A DNA stretch of 64,000 nt from Candidatus Hydrogenedentota bacterium. GTDB lineage: Bacteria > Hydrogenedentota > Hydrogenedentia > Hydrogenedentales > JAGMZX01. The DNA lies in the NCBI GenBank assembly GCA_018005585.1, contig JAGMZX010000009.1, positions 6,185 through 70,184 on the forward strand, read 5' to 3'. Shown here in pieces: positions 1-9,188 of this stretch (its first letter is position 1; each line of letters begins with the position of its first letter). Both the position numbers and the translations under genes were made by a program. The notes under the pieces are model-generated. The model saw nothing but the letters and a program-made list of their open reading frames with translations, ran no database searches and was not told the origin of the DNA.

Positions 1-2
1 AT

Positions 3-743
3 GAAAAGGCACGTAGGGGCGCACGCATTCCCCTCCCTTGCGAATTGGCGGCGGAACTGGCGGTCTACATCGACCGGACGCGCCGTTCGCGCAACACGGG
101 GCATCCTACGCGGTCCAATGTGCTGAAATTCGGCCCGGTCCACGACGATCCGCTGCTATTCGACTTGCCCAAGAAGATGACGCGGGTTTTCGACCGGGAC
201 TTGATAGCGGCGGGACTCGCAACAATGGACAAAGACGGGCACACCGTCAAGAAAGATGCTCGCGGGCGCACGTTGGACATTCACGCCCTGCGGCATACCT
301 TCGGAACGCTACTCGCTAAGGCTGGCGTACCGCTGCAACTGGTGCAGTCCGCAATGCGGCACTCGACCCCAGCATTGACGATGCGGCATTACGTCCATCT
401 CGACCTTGGCGACCTTGCCGGAGCGGTATCAAACCTGCCTTCACTGAGCGGTCAAGAAGAGGAATCGGCGGCGGTCTATGCGGGCGCGCGCAACCTTCCC
501 CCGAATCCTCCCCCCGATCCTCCCCTCATGGCGGGCAAATCAATACAAATCTCTGCAAATTCCTGCAAAAGTGGCATAGGGAAACAGGACGGCGACCGTC
601 CACATAGCTATGAACAGAAAAACGCGGAAACGTTAGGAAAACCCAATGTTTTCAGGGGTATTGAGGCGAGTAAAGAGTGGTGGGCGGTGCAAGACTCGAA
701 CTTGCGACCCCCTGCGTGTAAAGCAGGTGCTCTAACCGACTGA
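3..743 (+). CDS. Tyrosine recombinase (phage-type integrase), 5'-partial at window edge; frame is open from nt 3. The catalytic C-terminus is present. The ORF has no in-frame stop until 743, so it reads through an AT-richer spacer and about 66 bp of the antisense tRNA-Val gene.
   Basis: Translation shows the integrase catalytic signature: 'HALRHTFGTLLAKAGVPLQLVQSAMRHSTPALTMRHYVHL' (R/H..R..H..Y box II). Continuous ORF 45..743 in the track; upstream codons 3..44 contain no stop. Confidence 0.8.
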   Translation, partial: EKARRGARIPLPCELAAELAVYIDRTRRSRNTGHPTRSNVLKFGPVHDDPLLFDLPKKMTRVFDRDLIAAGLATMDKDGHTVKKDARGRTLDIHALRHTFGTLLAKAGVPLQLVQSAMRHSTPALTMRHYVHLDLGDLAGAVSNLPSLSGQEEESAAVYAGARNLPPNPPPDPPLMAGKSIQISANSCKSGIGKQDGDRPHSYEQKNAETLGKPNVFRGIEASKEWWAVQDSNLRPPACKAGALTD

Positions 744-754
744 GCTAACCGCCC
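678..754 (-). tRNA. tRNA-Val (anticodon TAC), CCA encoded
   Basis: The reverse complement folds as a canonical cloverleaf: GGGCGGT acceptor, GCTC/GAGC D-stem, CCTGC-TTTACAC-GCAGG anticodon arm (anticodon UAC), GCAAG-TTCGAGT-CTTGC T-arm, ACCGCCC, discriminator A, then CCA. Confidence 0.9.
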
Positions 755-837
755 GCAGTGGCGGATTATACGCATGGGGGGACGGGTCTATCAATGACGT
801 TGCGCGGGCGGCGCGGGCGCCGAGTGTGGGGGGCCGC

Positions 838-1989
838 TCAGGTGAGTTCGGCGAGAATGGCGTTGCCGTACAGGTGGAGGCGGTGGGGCCCGAGCGCGGC
901 GACTTCCGCGAGGTGCTCCAGGCTGTTAGGGTTATGTAGGGCAATGGCCCACATGCTCTCGCGTGTGAGGATCACGTCGGATTCGACGCCGCGGGAGCGG
1001 GCCAGGTTCTTGCGCCACTGCAGGAGTCTCTCGTACCGGTCCAGGGTGCCGCAGGGCTGGCGCTCGGGCGGGTCGGGCGCGACCGGTACCGAGCCCTTGC
1101 GCCCGCGTTGCACGGCCTGGAGCACTTTAGGGCCGAGGTAAGGCATGCTGCGCCCGCCGATGCACCGGCTCGCAGCGAGGTCTTCCAGGGTCTTGGGCAT
1201 GGCGATGGCGAGGCGCATGAGGGCCTCGTTGGAGAGCACCTTGAACGGGGGCAGGTCGCGGCGTTGCGCTTCCGCCTCGCGCAGCAGATACAACTCGCGG
1301 AGCGCCGCAAGCCGGCGCGCCGAGAGTTCGCGCGCGCCGCGCAGATACCAGAACCCGTCGGGGTCGAAGTCCCGGTCGGGCAGGCGCACGTGCGCGGCGG
1401 CGACGAAAATCTCTTGTGCTTCGGTGAGGCGGCCTTTCTCGGTCAATGCCTTCTCGAGGTCGTCTCGCAAGGCAAGCAGGTAGTGGGTGTCGACTTGGGC
1501 GTAAGCGAGTTGTTCCGCGGTGAGGGGACGGTGGTGCCAGTTGCTTTTCTGAAGGCGCTTGCGCTGTTCCACGCCGTAGAACTCGCGCAGGAACCAGGCC
1601 AGTCCCATGTGGGAATACCCGAGCACGCGCGCGGCCCACATGGTGTCGAAGAGATGGTTGAGGTCCCACCCGTAGTGGCGCTTGAGCAGGGTCAAGTCGT
1701 ACTCGGAAGCGTGGAGCACTTTTTCGGTCTTGGGATTGACGAGGATCTTGCCCAGCGCGTCGAGCGGGAAGCCCGCGAGCGGGTCTATGATGAAGTCATG
1801 GCCGGGAACCGATATCTGGATCAGGCAGACGGTTTCCCGGTAGGCATAGAGGCTGTTGGATTCGATGTCGATGGCTACGCGCGGCGCACGGCGCAGGATT
1901 GCCGCGCAGGCCTGCCATGTTTCTTCGCTATCTATCCATTCGTAAGGCGGCAGCTCAGACAAAGTATCCGTTTCCTTCTTTCCTGCCAC
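838..1989 (-). CDS. rnd: Ribonuclease D (3'-5' exonuclease DEDDy domain plus HRDC)
   Basis: 383-aa ORF with the exonuclease motifs 'VAIDIESNSLYAY...CLIQIS' and 'HASEYDL', and a C-terminal HRDC-like region. Sits immediately beside the tRNA. Confidence 0.85.
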   Translation of the reverse strand: MAGKKETDTLSELPPYEWIDSEETWQACAAILRRAPRVAIDIESNSLYAYRETVCLIQISVPGHDFIIDPLAGFPLDALGKILVNPKTEKVLHASEYDLTLLKRHYGWDLNHLFDTMWAARVLGYSHMGLAWFLREFYGVEQRKRLQKSNWHHRPLTAEQLAYAQVDTHYLLALRDDLEKALTEKGRLTEAQEIFVAAAHVRLPDRDFDPDGFWYLRGARELSARRLAALRELYLLREAEAQRRDLPPFKVLSNEALMRLAIAMPKTLEDLAASRCIGGRSMPYLGPKVLQAVQRGRKGSVPVAPDPPERQPCGTLDRYERLLQWRKNLARSRGVESDVILTRESMWAIALHNPNSLEHLAEVAALGPHRLHLYGNAILAELT

Positions 1990-2048
1990 GCCCGCATTTT
2001 ACCGTTTTCGAATGGCGGCTGTCGAAGCGCGGGTTCCGGCAAGGAATC

Positions 2049-4022
2049 CTAGCAGAAATGGAATCCCAGCAGATTCCAATAGTACAGATAAAAGAGCACG
2101 ATCGCCGATGCGGTCGTCTGGACGGTGAATGCCATGCGGAGGGGCAGGTTCCACCAGGTGCGGCGCCAGGCCGCGACGGTGGTGGCGAACGCAGGCACCC
2201 ACGCAGCGGCGGCGCCCCACGGCAGGACGAGCAGGGCCGCCAGTATCCGCGGTATCCCGTACCCGAAGGCGTTCAAATCGACTTGGAGCAGAAACGCCAT
2301 AAATGTTGCTATGAAAAGGACTTGCAGAACGCAGGCGAGGCCGCCCAGCCAGGCTGCCCACGCGGGCCAGCCCGCACGAGGGGCATCGCCGCGGCGGGGG
2401 CCCCGCCAACCGCGCCGCGCCAGCCAAGCCAGGCTGCCCAGGAGGACCACGGGCAATGCCGAACCCACTGCCGCGAGGATTACCGGCCGGGTCTCGTACC
2501 AGGCCAGCCGGTCGTACACGTTGTCGTCGATGAAGACGTGGGTCACCCGGCCTGCGGCGTCGCGTTCGAAGGCGACCCGGCCCCGGTCGAACAGGCCCAC
2601 TTCCGCGCCGTCTTCCGCGGCGTTCCGGCGAAACCGGCGATAGCAATCCGGTTCCACCTCGATGAGGTCCCATACGCCAGCCGTGCGCCCGAGCGAGGAG
2701 AGAAACGCGAGCTGGACGCGAGCGGGCTTGGCGCCGGGTCCGATTCGGATTTCGCGCACGAATTCCGCGGCGACCGTGGCGAGTTTCATGATATCCGAGC
2801 GCACGTGTCGGTTGTGGCGGAAATAGCCGCTTATGGGCGCGGCGGGCGAAGCCTGCCCTGAAGGCGCGGCCACATGCGCGGTTTCACGCGGGGCAGGGAA
2901 GTAGTGGTCCAGGAGGGCGCGGACAACGGCGCCGTCCAGTCCGCCGGTCTGTGTATTATGGGAGACAAAGACGCCAAGGCCCTTTTCTGGAACGAGGACG
3001 ACCTGCGAGATGAATCCCCAGGTCAACCCGCCTTGTTCGAGGATGCGCAGCCCGTTTTCGTAGCGTTCGCCAAAACCGAGGGCCCGCCCCGGCAGCCGCG
3101 GATGCTGCGTGAAGTGTTGCTCCTGCATGCGGCGCGCCGCCGCCTCGCTGAGGATGCGCGCGCCGCCATAACGGCCGTAACCGAGATGGGCGAGCAGGAA
3201 CCGGCCCATGTCCGTTCCGGTCGTCATCAGGCTGGACGCGGGCACGGTCTGCGCAAAATCGAACGTGACGGCCTTCCGGTTACCGAGGGAATCGGTGTAG
3301 CCCGTGGCCAGACCGGACAGCAACTCCGGCACGATTACAAAGCTGCTGCGCGACATGCCGAGCGGTTCGAGAATATGGAGGCGCGCGTATTCCGAAAACG
3401 GCATGACGGATACTTCTTCGACCACGCACCCCGCCAGCGCGAATCCGTGGTTTGAGTATGAGATGTAGTGTCCCGGCGGCATGACTCGCGGCGGGAGGCT
3501 GCGCGCCAGATAGGTGCACAGCGGCAGGATGTCCGCTTCGGTGCGCGCGCCCATGCCGATGAACCGGTCGTCGAATCCCGCCGTATGCGTGAGCAGATGC
3601 GTCAGGGTTATCGGATGAGGGTACGCAGCGGGAACCTGAAAACACGAGAGGTATTCATTGACGTCTGTGTCGAGGTCGAGCTTGCCCTGTTCCCACAGTT
3701 GCATGACGGCCGTGGCCGTGAACAACTTGGATACCGACGCCACGCGGAACAAGGTGCGGTCAGGTTCCACCGGCCGTCCTGTCGCGGTGTCCATTACGCC
3801 GTAGCCTTTGGCGAAGAGTATTCGCCCGTCGCCAACGACAACGCATACGGCGCCAGGAATGTTGAGATCGGGCATTACGCGGGAAAAGACGGGGTCCAAC
3901 AGCGTTTCAAGCGTGTCCGTATCGCCGGGCCATTCCGGCATCTGCGCGAAGAGTGGCATGGCGCATCCCAACAAAGCCAACACGAGAAACCGCGCCGTTC
4001 CGCTATGATTACGCAAAGACAT
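2049..4022 (-). CDS. Serine hydrolase of the beta-lactamase/PBP (class C-like) family, with N-terminal signal peptide and a C-terminal 4-TM membrane domain
   Basis: Signal peptide 'LVLALLGCAMPLFA', S-x-x-K motif 'FRVASVSKLFTA', about 400-aa beta-lactamase fold, then hydrophobic helices in the last about 170 aa. Confidence 0.8.
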   Translation of the reverse strand: MSLRNHSGTARFLVLALLGCAMPLFAQMPEWPGDTDTLETLLDPVFSRVMPDLNIPGAVCVVVGDGRILFAKGYGVMDTATGRPVEPDRTLFRVASVSKLFTATAVMQLWEQGKLDLDTDVNEYLSCFQVPAAYPHPITLTHLLTHTAGFDDRFIGMGARTEADILPLCTYLARSLPPRVMPPGHYISYSNHGFALAGCVVEEVSVMPFSEYARLHILEPLGMSRSSFVIVPELLSGLATGYTDSLGNRKAVTFDFAQTVPASSLMTTGTDMGRFLLAHLGYGRYGGARILSEAAARRMQEQHFTQHPRLPGRALGFGERYENGLRILEQGGLTWGFISQVVLVPEKGLGVFVSHNTQTGGLDGAVVRALLDHYFPAPRETAHVAAPSGQASPAAPISGYFRHNRHVRSDIMKLATVAAEFVREIRIGPGAKPARVQLAFLSSLGRTAGVWDLIEVEPDCYRRFRRNAAEDGAEVGLFDRGRVAFERDAAGRVTHVFIDDNVYDRLAWYETRPVILAAVGSALPVVLLGSLAWLARRGWRGPRRGDAPRAGWPAWAAWLGGLACVLQVLFIATFMAFLLQVDLNAFGYGIPRILAALLVLPWGAAAAWVPAFATTVAAWRRTWWNLPLRMAFTVQTTASAIVLFYLYYWNLLGFHFC

Positions 4023-4113
4023 TGCAGACTTGCCCCGTTGAGGCCATCGTTGATGCGCGGATAGTAGCGCACGCGGGCTCCGCCTTACAATGGCCGTGCA
4101 GTTGGCCCGCCGG

Positions 4114-4164
4114 TTGAACTTGCCGATTGCGGCAGCTATATTGAACAGGTGTTCAGATTCTGAA
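4114..4164 (+). promoter_or_regulatory. Sigma70-like promoter (TTGAAC-N17-TATATT, 4114-4142) followed by a perfect 13-bp palindrome TTCAGATTCTGAA (4152-4164): candidate TetR autoregulatory operator
   Basis: Read directly in the divergent intergenic region upstream of the TetR-Rnk gene. Confidence 0.5.
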
Positions 4165-4207
4165 TTTGGGTTCGCAACTGCCTCTGCCGGCGCGTTGAGG
4201 TGCAGTC

Positions 4208-5293
4208 ATGCCGTTCAGCGATTACAGCATGGCCCTGCCGCGGCGGGAACGCGAGAAAGCGCGCAAGAATACGGCGATTCTTGACGCGGCCCAGCGGGTA
4301 TTCCAGCGTCGCGGCTACCGTCAGGCCACCATGGAAGAGATTGCCCGGGAATCGAGTTATTCCGTGGGCACGCTGTACAACCTGTTCCGGGACAAGGATG
4401 ATTTGTACAACCAAGTCATCGCCCGGATCGGGGAAGCGGTCGTTTCGCGCGTGCAAGGGGCGGTGCTCGCGGAACGTGACCCGGAAAAGGCGATAGAGAC
4501 GCATATCCGTCTGCGCCTGTGCAACTACTTCAACGACCGGCTCTTCTTCGAGACCTTTTCGTGTCCTCCGGAACTCGGGGTACAGCCGGAACCCGGCCGT
4601 TTGGAAGCGGGCGTGCTGGCGTGTTACCGGAAATACCTCGAAGTTGCGGAGCAGTTGCTCGAACGCGTTGCGGGCCCGAAGGGCGAGGGGCGCCGCGATG
4701 ATTTTCGCATGGCGCTGGGTCTCGAAGGCATCGTAACCGCGTACATGGGCTACTGGGCCGGGCCGCGCCAGTCCGACTCGCTTACAGCCATCGCGCACCA
4801 GATACACACGATGCTGTTGCGCGGCGTGGGCTCAGACCGCTTCCGTCAGGCGGCCGCGCCGGATGCTGCGCCGGCCGCGTTGCGCGAGGTTCATCTTTCA
4901 AGTTACGACCTTGAACGGCTTCGGGAACTCATTACGGTGGCGCGCGATTTTGGCGGCGCCGCCTGTTCGGCGTATCTGGACGTGCTCGACGCGGAACTGA
5001 ATCAGGCCCGGGTTGTGCAACCGCGCGAAGTGCCGCCGAACTTGGTCACAATGAATTCGCGCGTACGGCTGCGCCATGCCGACACCGGGGAAGAACGGGT
5101 TTGCGTACTGGTGTTTCCAAAGGACGCGGAAGTGCGCGAAGAAAACGTGTCCATTCTCAGCCGTCTGGGCACGGCGCTGCTGGGCTTTCGTGTGGGCGAC
5201 ATTATCGAATACACGTCGACCCGGGGTACGGCGCGCTACCGCATCGATGCGCTGCTGTACCAGCCGGAAGCCGCCGGAGACTACCACTTGTGA
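4208..5293 (+). CDS. Fusion regulator: N-terminal TetR-family HTH domain plus C-terminal Rnk/GreA-like (Gre-factor C-terminal FKBP-like) domain
   Basis: TetR_N motif 'ILDAAQRVFQRRGYRQATMEEIARESSYSVGTLYNLFRDKDDLY'. The C-terminal 130 aa 'VTMNSRVRLRHADTGEE...VSILSRLGTALLGFRVGDII' aligns to the standalone Rnk at 23169..23564 ('VTMNSRVQLRDV...VSVLAPLGAAILGYRVGDTF'). Confidence 0.75.
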   Translation: MPFSDYSMALPRREREKARKNTAILDAAQRVFQRRGYRQATMEEIARESSYSVGTLYNLFRDKDDLYNQVIARIGEAVVSRVQGAVLAERDPEKAIETHIRLRLCNYFNDRLFFETFSCPPELGVQPEPGRLEAGVLACYRKYLEVAEQLLERVAGPKGEGRRDDFRMALGLEGIVTAYMGYWAGPRQSDSLTAIAHQIHTMLLRGVGSDRFRQAAAPDAAPAALREVHLSSYDLERLRELITVARDFGGAACSAYLDVLDAELNQARVVQPREVPPNLVTMNSRVRLRHADTGEERVCVLVFPKDAEVREENVSILSRLGTALLGFRVGDIIEYTSTRGTARYRIDALLYQPEAAGDYHL

Positions 5294-5464
5294 AGCCGGC
5301 AGGGCCCGTCGCACCCAGTTTCGCGCGTTTTTAGCTGTTTGGCGGGACGTTTGACCGGCCGCGAGGCGCGTGCTTACAATTCGCCATGCATTCAAGCGAT
5401 TACTCAGTCCGTCCTTGACTTGTCTCAAGGGACCGGATTGCGTTTCGCAAAGGTCAGAGAAATC

Positions 5465-6727
5465 ATGCCGGAAATACGACCATTTTGTGGCTTGCGCTTT
5501 AACGCGACCCGCACGGGCGCCTTGGACCGGGTTGTCACGCCGCCCTACGACGTGATCTCGCCCGAGGAGCGGCGGGAACTGGCCCGTTCGCCCTACAGCA
5601 TGGTCCATCTCATCCTTCCGCAGGGCGGCGAGGGCCGGACGCCCTACGAAGCGGCGGCGGCCCGCTTGGCGGCCTGGATCGAGACGGGCGTGCTGGAACG
5701 GGACGGCGCGCCGTTGTACTACCTCCTGGAACAGTCGTTCAGGGACCCTGCGGGCCGGGAACGGGCACGTCGCGGCTTTTTTGCGGTGACCCGATTGCCG
5801 GAAGCGGGAGACCGCTGCATTCTCGGGCATGAGCGCACGTTTCCAAAGCCTGTCGAGGATCGTCTGGCGCTCACCCGCGCGACTTGCGCGAATCTGGGGC
5901 CGGTCTTCGCGCTGTACTCGGACCCGGAAGGCGTGCTGGCGAAATTTCTGGACCAGATGAGCACACGGCCGCCTGATATGACCGCGAGGACCTTCGAAGG
6001 CACGCTGAACCGCGTCTGGCGCGTCGCGCCGGACCCGGCGGTAGCGGCGTTTCTCAAGGACAAGACGCTCTACATTGCCGACGGACACCATCGGTTCGAG
6101 ACCGCGCGTCTCTATCGCGATGAAATGCGCGCGGCGGGTCACACCGCCGCGGGCGGGGACACTCCTTGCGAATTCGTGCTCATGGGTTGTGTCGCGTTGG
6201 AAGACGCGGGGTTGAGCGTTTTCCCGACGCACCGCGTGATTGCGCGCCGCGACGGATTCGACGCGAAGGTGCTGCTGCGGGCGCTCGAACCCTGGTTTGA
6301 CAGCGAAAGCGTCGACGTTGCGGCTCTTCCGGAACGGCTGGCATCAGACCCGGCGGCCTGCGCCATCGGCATGGTCTCGCGTGACCGGGCGGTGGCCCTG
6401 TTGCGGCTGCGCGACATCGACCGGACCGCGTTATTGGGCCACGACCGGGGCCCTGCCTGGCGCGATCTTGATGTCGCGGTGCTGCATCGTGGCATCCTCG
6501 AACGCAGCCTGGGCTTGCCGCCCGAAACGGAATACGGCTACGAAAAAGAGGCGGCGGCGGCAATCCGGGCGGTGCAGGAAGGCCGCGCGGAAGTCGCGTT
6601 CCTGCTCCGCGCGACGCGGCATGACCAGATTCGCGCCTGCGCCGAGGCAGGCGAGGCCATGCCGCAGAAGAGCACGTACTTCTTCCCGAAACTGCCCAGC
6701 GGGGCCGTCATTCACCGGCTCATTTAG
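5465..6727 (+). CDS. DUF1015-family conserved hypothetical protein
   Basis: Typical DUF1015 start 'MPEIRPFCGLRF' and motif 'VTPPYDVISPEE'; about 420 aa from the internal ATG at 5465. The ORF in the track starts upstream at 5339. Confidence 0.7.
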   Translation: MPEIRPFCGLRFNATRTGALDRVVTPPYDVISPEERRELARSPYSMVHLILPQGGEGRTPYEAAAARLAAWIETGVLERDGAPLYYLLEQSFRDPAGRERARRGFFAVTRLPEAGDRCILGHERTFPKPVEDRLALTRATCANLGPVFALYSDPEGVLAKFLDQMSTRPPDMTARTFEGTLNRVWRVAPDPAVAAFLKDKTLYIADGHHRFETARLYRDEMRAAGHTAAGGDTPCEFVLMGCVALEDAGLSVFPTHRVIARRDGFDAKVLLRALEPWFDSESVDVAALPERLASDPAACAIGMVSRDRAVALLRLRDIDRTALLGHDRGPAWRDLDVAVLHRGILERSLGLPPETEYGYEKEAAAAIRAVQEGRAEVAFLLRATRHDQIRACAEAGEAMPQKSTYFFPKLPSGAVIHRLI

Positions 6728-6730
6728 CGG

Positions 6731-9091
6731 TTACTGCGCCGGGAATTCGTAAAGGCACACGCTCAGAGGCGGGAGTTGTAGCGTTTGCGTCCCGCCGGAG
6801 ATCTGCTCTTCCTGGACCGTCACGAGAGGCGGTTTGCCCGGCTCGTTGTGCGCCATAGGGCCGGGCCCGGTAAGCACCCAGCGCCTGCCCGCGCCGGTAT
6901 TGCAGCCCGACACTTCGAGTTCCAGTTCCCGCGCTTCGATGGCCGGATTCACGACGGCGACGGTCAGTGAACCGCGGTCTTCGGTCCATGCGGCGGCAAT
7001 GTCGAGGTACGCGGGCGCATCGCTGACCTCGACCGGGATCGCGCCGTAGTGGTTGCGGTACAACTGAAGCACGAGCCCGGTTGTGTCGAACGCGGCGGCG
7101 GTCTTGCTGGTCTTGACGCAACCGATGACATTCACCGTCTGCGCATAATTCGCCATGTAGACGATGTCGCTCGATCGAAAGTATTCATGGAGACCCATGG
7201 CGACGCCGACCGCGTCCTTGAGAAAGTATGGCGTGCCGAGTTCGCCGTAGACGTGGTCGCCGTACCAGTAGTTCCATTCGTCCATGCAGATGGGGACCTG
7301 CTTGCCCGCGAGAGCCGGGATAGTCTTGTGCGCCTCGCGGTGCGCGCTGACCTTGGCGCGAATGGACTGCCGGATTTGGCGCACGTGTGTCGAGACCCGC
7401 GGGGAACCGCCGCAGTAGAAGTGCTCGCTGAGCAGGTCCATGTGGTCGGCGCATTCGGCGAGCATGGTGTCGGACCACTTGCCCGTTGCGCCGACCGCGA
7501 CCAGTTTGACGGACGCGTCCGCGGCGCGCATGGCTTCGGCGAACGCGTTGTGTTTGTTCACGTATTCCTCGAGCGGCATATGGCCGAGCTGCCAATCACC
7601 GTACATCTCGTTGCCGATGCCCCACCATACGACGCCATACGGCTCCGGGTGGCCGTGTTCCGCGCGCAACCTGCTCATCGGCGAATCGGCCGGACCATTG
7701 ACATATTCGAGTTCTCCGAGCGCGAGCGACAGGTCGCCGAGGCCGCTGTTCACGACGATGTACGGCTCCGCGTTCACTTCGCGGCAGAACGTCAGGAATT
7801 CGTTGATGCCGAAATCGTTGTGCTCAATGCCCTGCCAGGCCGGGTTCTTGCGCGGCGGGCGCTTGTCCGGGTCGCCAATGCCGTCATTCCAGTTGTAGCC
7901 GCTGACGAAGTTGCCGCCCGGCCAGCGATAGATGGGCGCGTTCAATTCCTTGAGCACGGCGAGCGTGTCGGCGCGCATGCCGTGCACATGATCGGCGGGC
8001 ATGAGCGACACCGCCCCGATGTCGGCGCGGCCCGGGCCGCGCACGAGGACCTCGAGCGCGCCGTCATCGGTGTCCGCGCCTGCGGTGAACGAAAGGGGAT
8101 AGGTGCGGAATGCGCCGGCAAAGTTGCCGAGCGTAATCGTCTGCCGCTGCGCGGGTGCGGCGCCCCACGCTAGGCTTACTTCAACGGACGCGAGGCTGCC
8201 CGAGCCCGCCAACACGATGCGGCCCGTATAGACCTTGCCGGATACGAGCCCGAGCCCGCCATGGGCGATGCCCGCGGGCGCGGTCTTGGCCTCGATGCGC
8301 GGCATGTGCTCGCCCACGTAGGGCGCTTCCTGCGTCATGGTCACGGCGTTCACGTCGCCCAGCTTGCGCCAAGGGGACTCTTCTTCCCCGATGCCGTAGA
8401 AGAATTTGCGGTCCTCGAGCATCTCGGCCCAGATACCGCCATAGATACACCGGCCCAAGTGCTCGATGAACTGACCGTAGAGGTACTTCGAAATGAGGGC
8501 GCCGGTCTTTGAAGTCTCGATTCGCGCCACCGGTTGAGACGATTCCGTCTTCAGCAATGCGAGGTCGAGGTCATCGAACCACGCCTTGCCCGAGGCCGTG
8601 CCCCAACCGCCCAGCAGGCAGTTGATCTGGACTTCTTCGTTCTCCTCGCTATCGAACACGAGTTCGACGCGCGTCCAATCGTGCGTGCCCGTGACGGCCC
8701 CGGTTTGCAGTGGCTGCATATTGTGCAGATTCAGGAGCGCGCCACGCCCGTTCTGCGTCGTGACGTTCTGTGTCTTGACCCAGCCGGTCAGGCGGTACTG
8801 CGACCATGGTTCGATTCCGGCCGTGACACACCAGGCGGCGTCCGCGCCATCCTCGGAAGCGACAGCCACGCAGTGCCCGCCTCCGCGCCCGCCTTCCTCG
8901 AACGTGAAGTCCGCCTTGCCGCCCCACGTCTGGGTCGTCCAGCCCGCGGGACCATCACCGCCCTCTTCTTCGAAGGATGCGTTCTTGATGCTGTCCGCCA
9001 TGACGCGACCTTTCACCGGGAACACTATGCAGAGCGTCAGGACCGCTACGAACAGAAATCTCGCGGGCACACTCGCGACGGGCACTCTCAT
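6731..9091 (-). CDS. Secreted GH51 alpha-L-arabinofuranosidase with N-terminal CBM4/9 carbohydrate-binding module
   Basis: Signal peptide, CBM-like N-terminus ('NASFEEEGG...AGWTT...WFDDLDLAL'), and the GH51 catalytic block ('IYRWPGGNFVSGYNWNDGIG', 'WGIGNEMYGDWQLGH'). Confidence 0.8.
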   Translation of the reverse strand: MRVPVASVPARFLFVAVLTLCIVFPVKGRVMADSIKNASFEEEGGDGPAGWTTQTWGGKADFTFEEGGRGGGHCVAVASEDGADAAWCVTAGIEPWSQYRLTGWVKTQNVTTQNGRGALLNLHNMQPLQTGAVTGTHDWTRVELVFDSEENEEVQINCLLGGWGTASGKAWFDDLDLALLKTESSQPVARIETSKTGALISKYLYGQFIEHLGRCIYGGIWAEMLEDRKFFYGIGEEESPWRKLGDVNAVTMTQEAPYVGEHMPRIEAKTAPAGIAHGGLGLVSGKVYTGRIVLAGSGSLASVEVSLAWGAAPAQRQTITLGNFAGAFRTYPLSFTAGADTDDGALEVLVRGPGRADIGAVSLMPADHVHGMRADTLAVLKELNAPIYRWPGGNFVSGYNWNDGIGDPDKRPPRKNPAWQGIEHNDFGINEFLTFCREVNAEPYIVVNSGLGDLSLALGELEYVNGPADSPMSRLRAEHGHPEPYGVVWWGIGNEMYGDWQLGHMPLEEYVNKHNAFAEAMRAADASVKLVAVGATGKWSDTMLAECADHMDLLSEHFYCGGSPRVSTHVRQIRQSIRAKVSAHREAHKTIPALAGKQVPICMDEWNYWYGDHVYGELGTPYFLKDAVGVAMGLHEYFRSSDIVYMANYAQTVNVIGCVKTSKTAAAFDTTGLVLQLYRNHYGAIPVEVSDAPAYLDIAAAWTEDRGSLTVAVVNPAIEARELELEVSGCNTGAGRRWVLTGPGPMAHNEPGKPPLVTVQEEQISGGTQTLQLPPLSVCLYEFPAQ

Positions 9092-9188
9092 TCTCGGACC
9101 TCCCCGTGTATGGTGCGGGCATTATGCGGACCTGGCGCCGTTTCGGCAAATCAGCCTTGCCCGGATTGCGGCCCGGAGAGTCATCCGC

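Noticed and set aside
1108-2052. 314-aa plus-strand ORF opposite rnd
   Set aside because: Antisense artefact; the minus strand encodes a clear RNase D with DEDDy and HRDC motifs.
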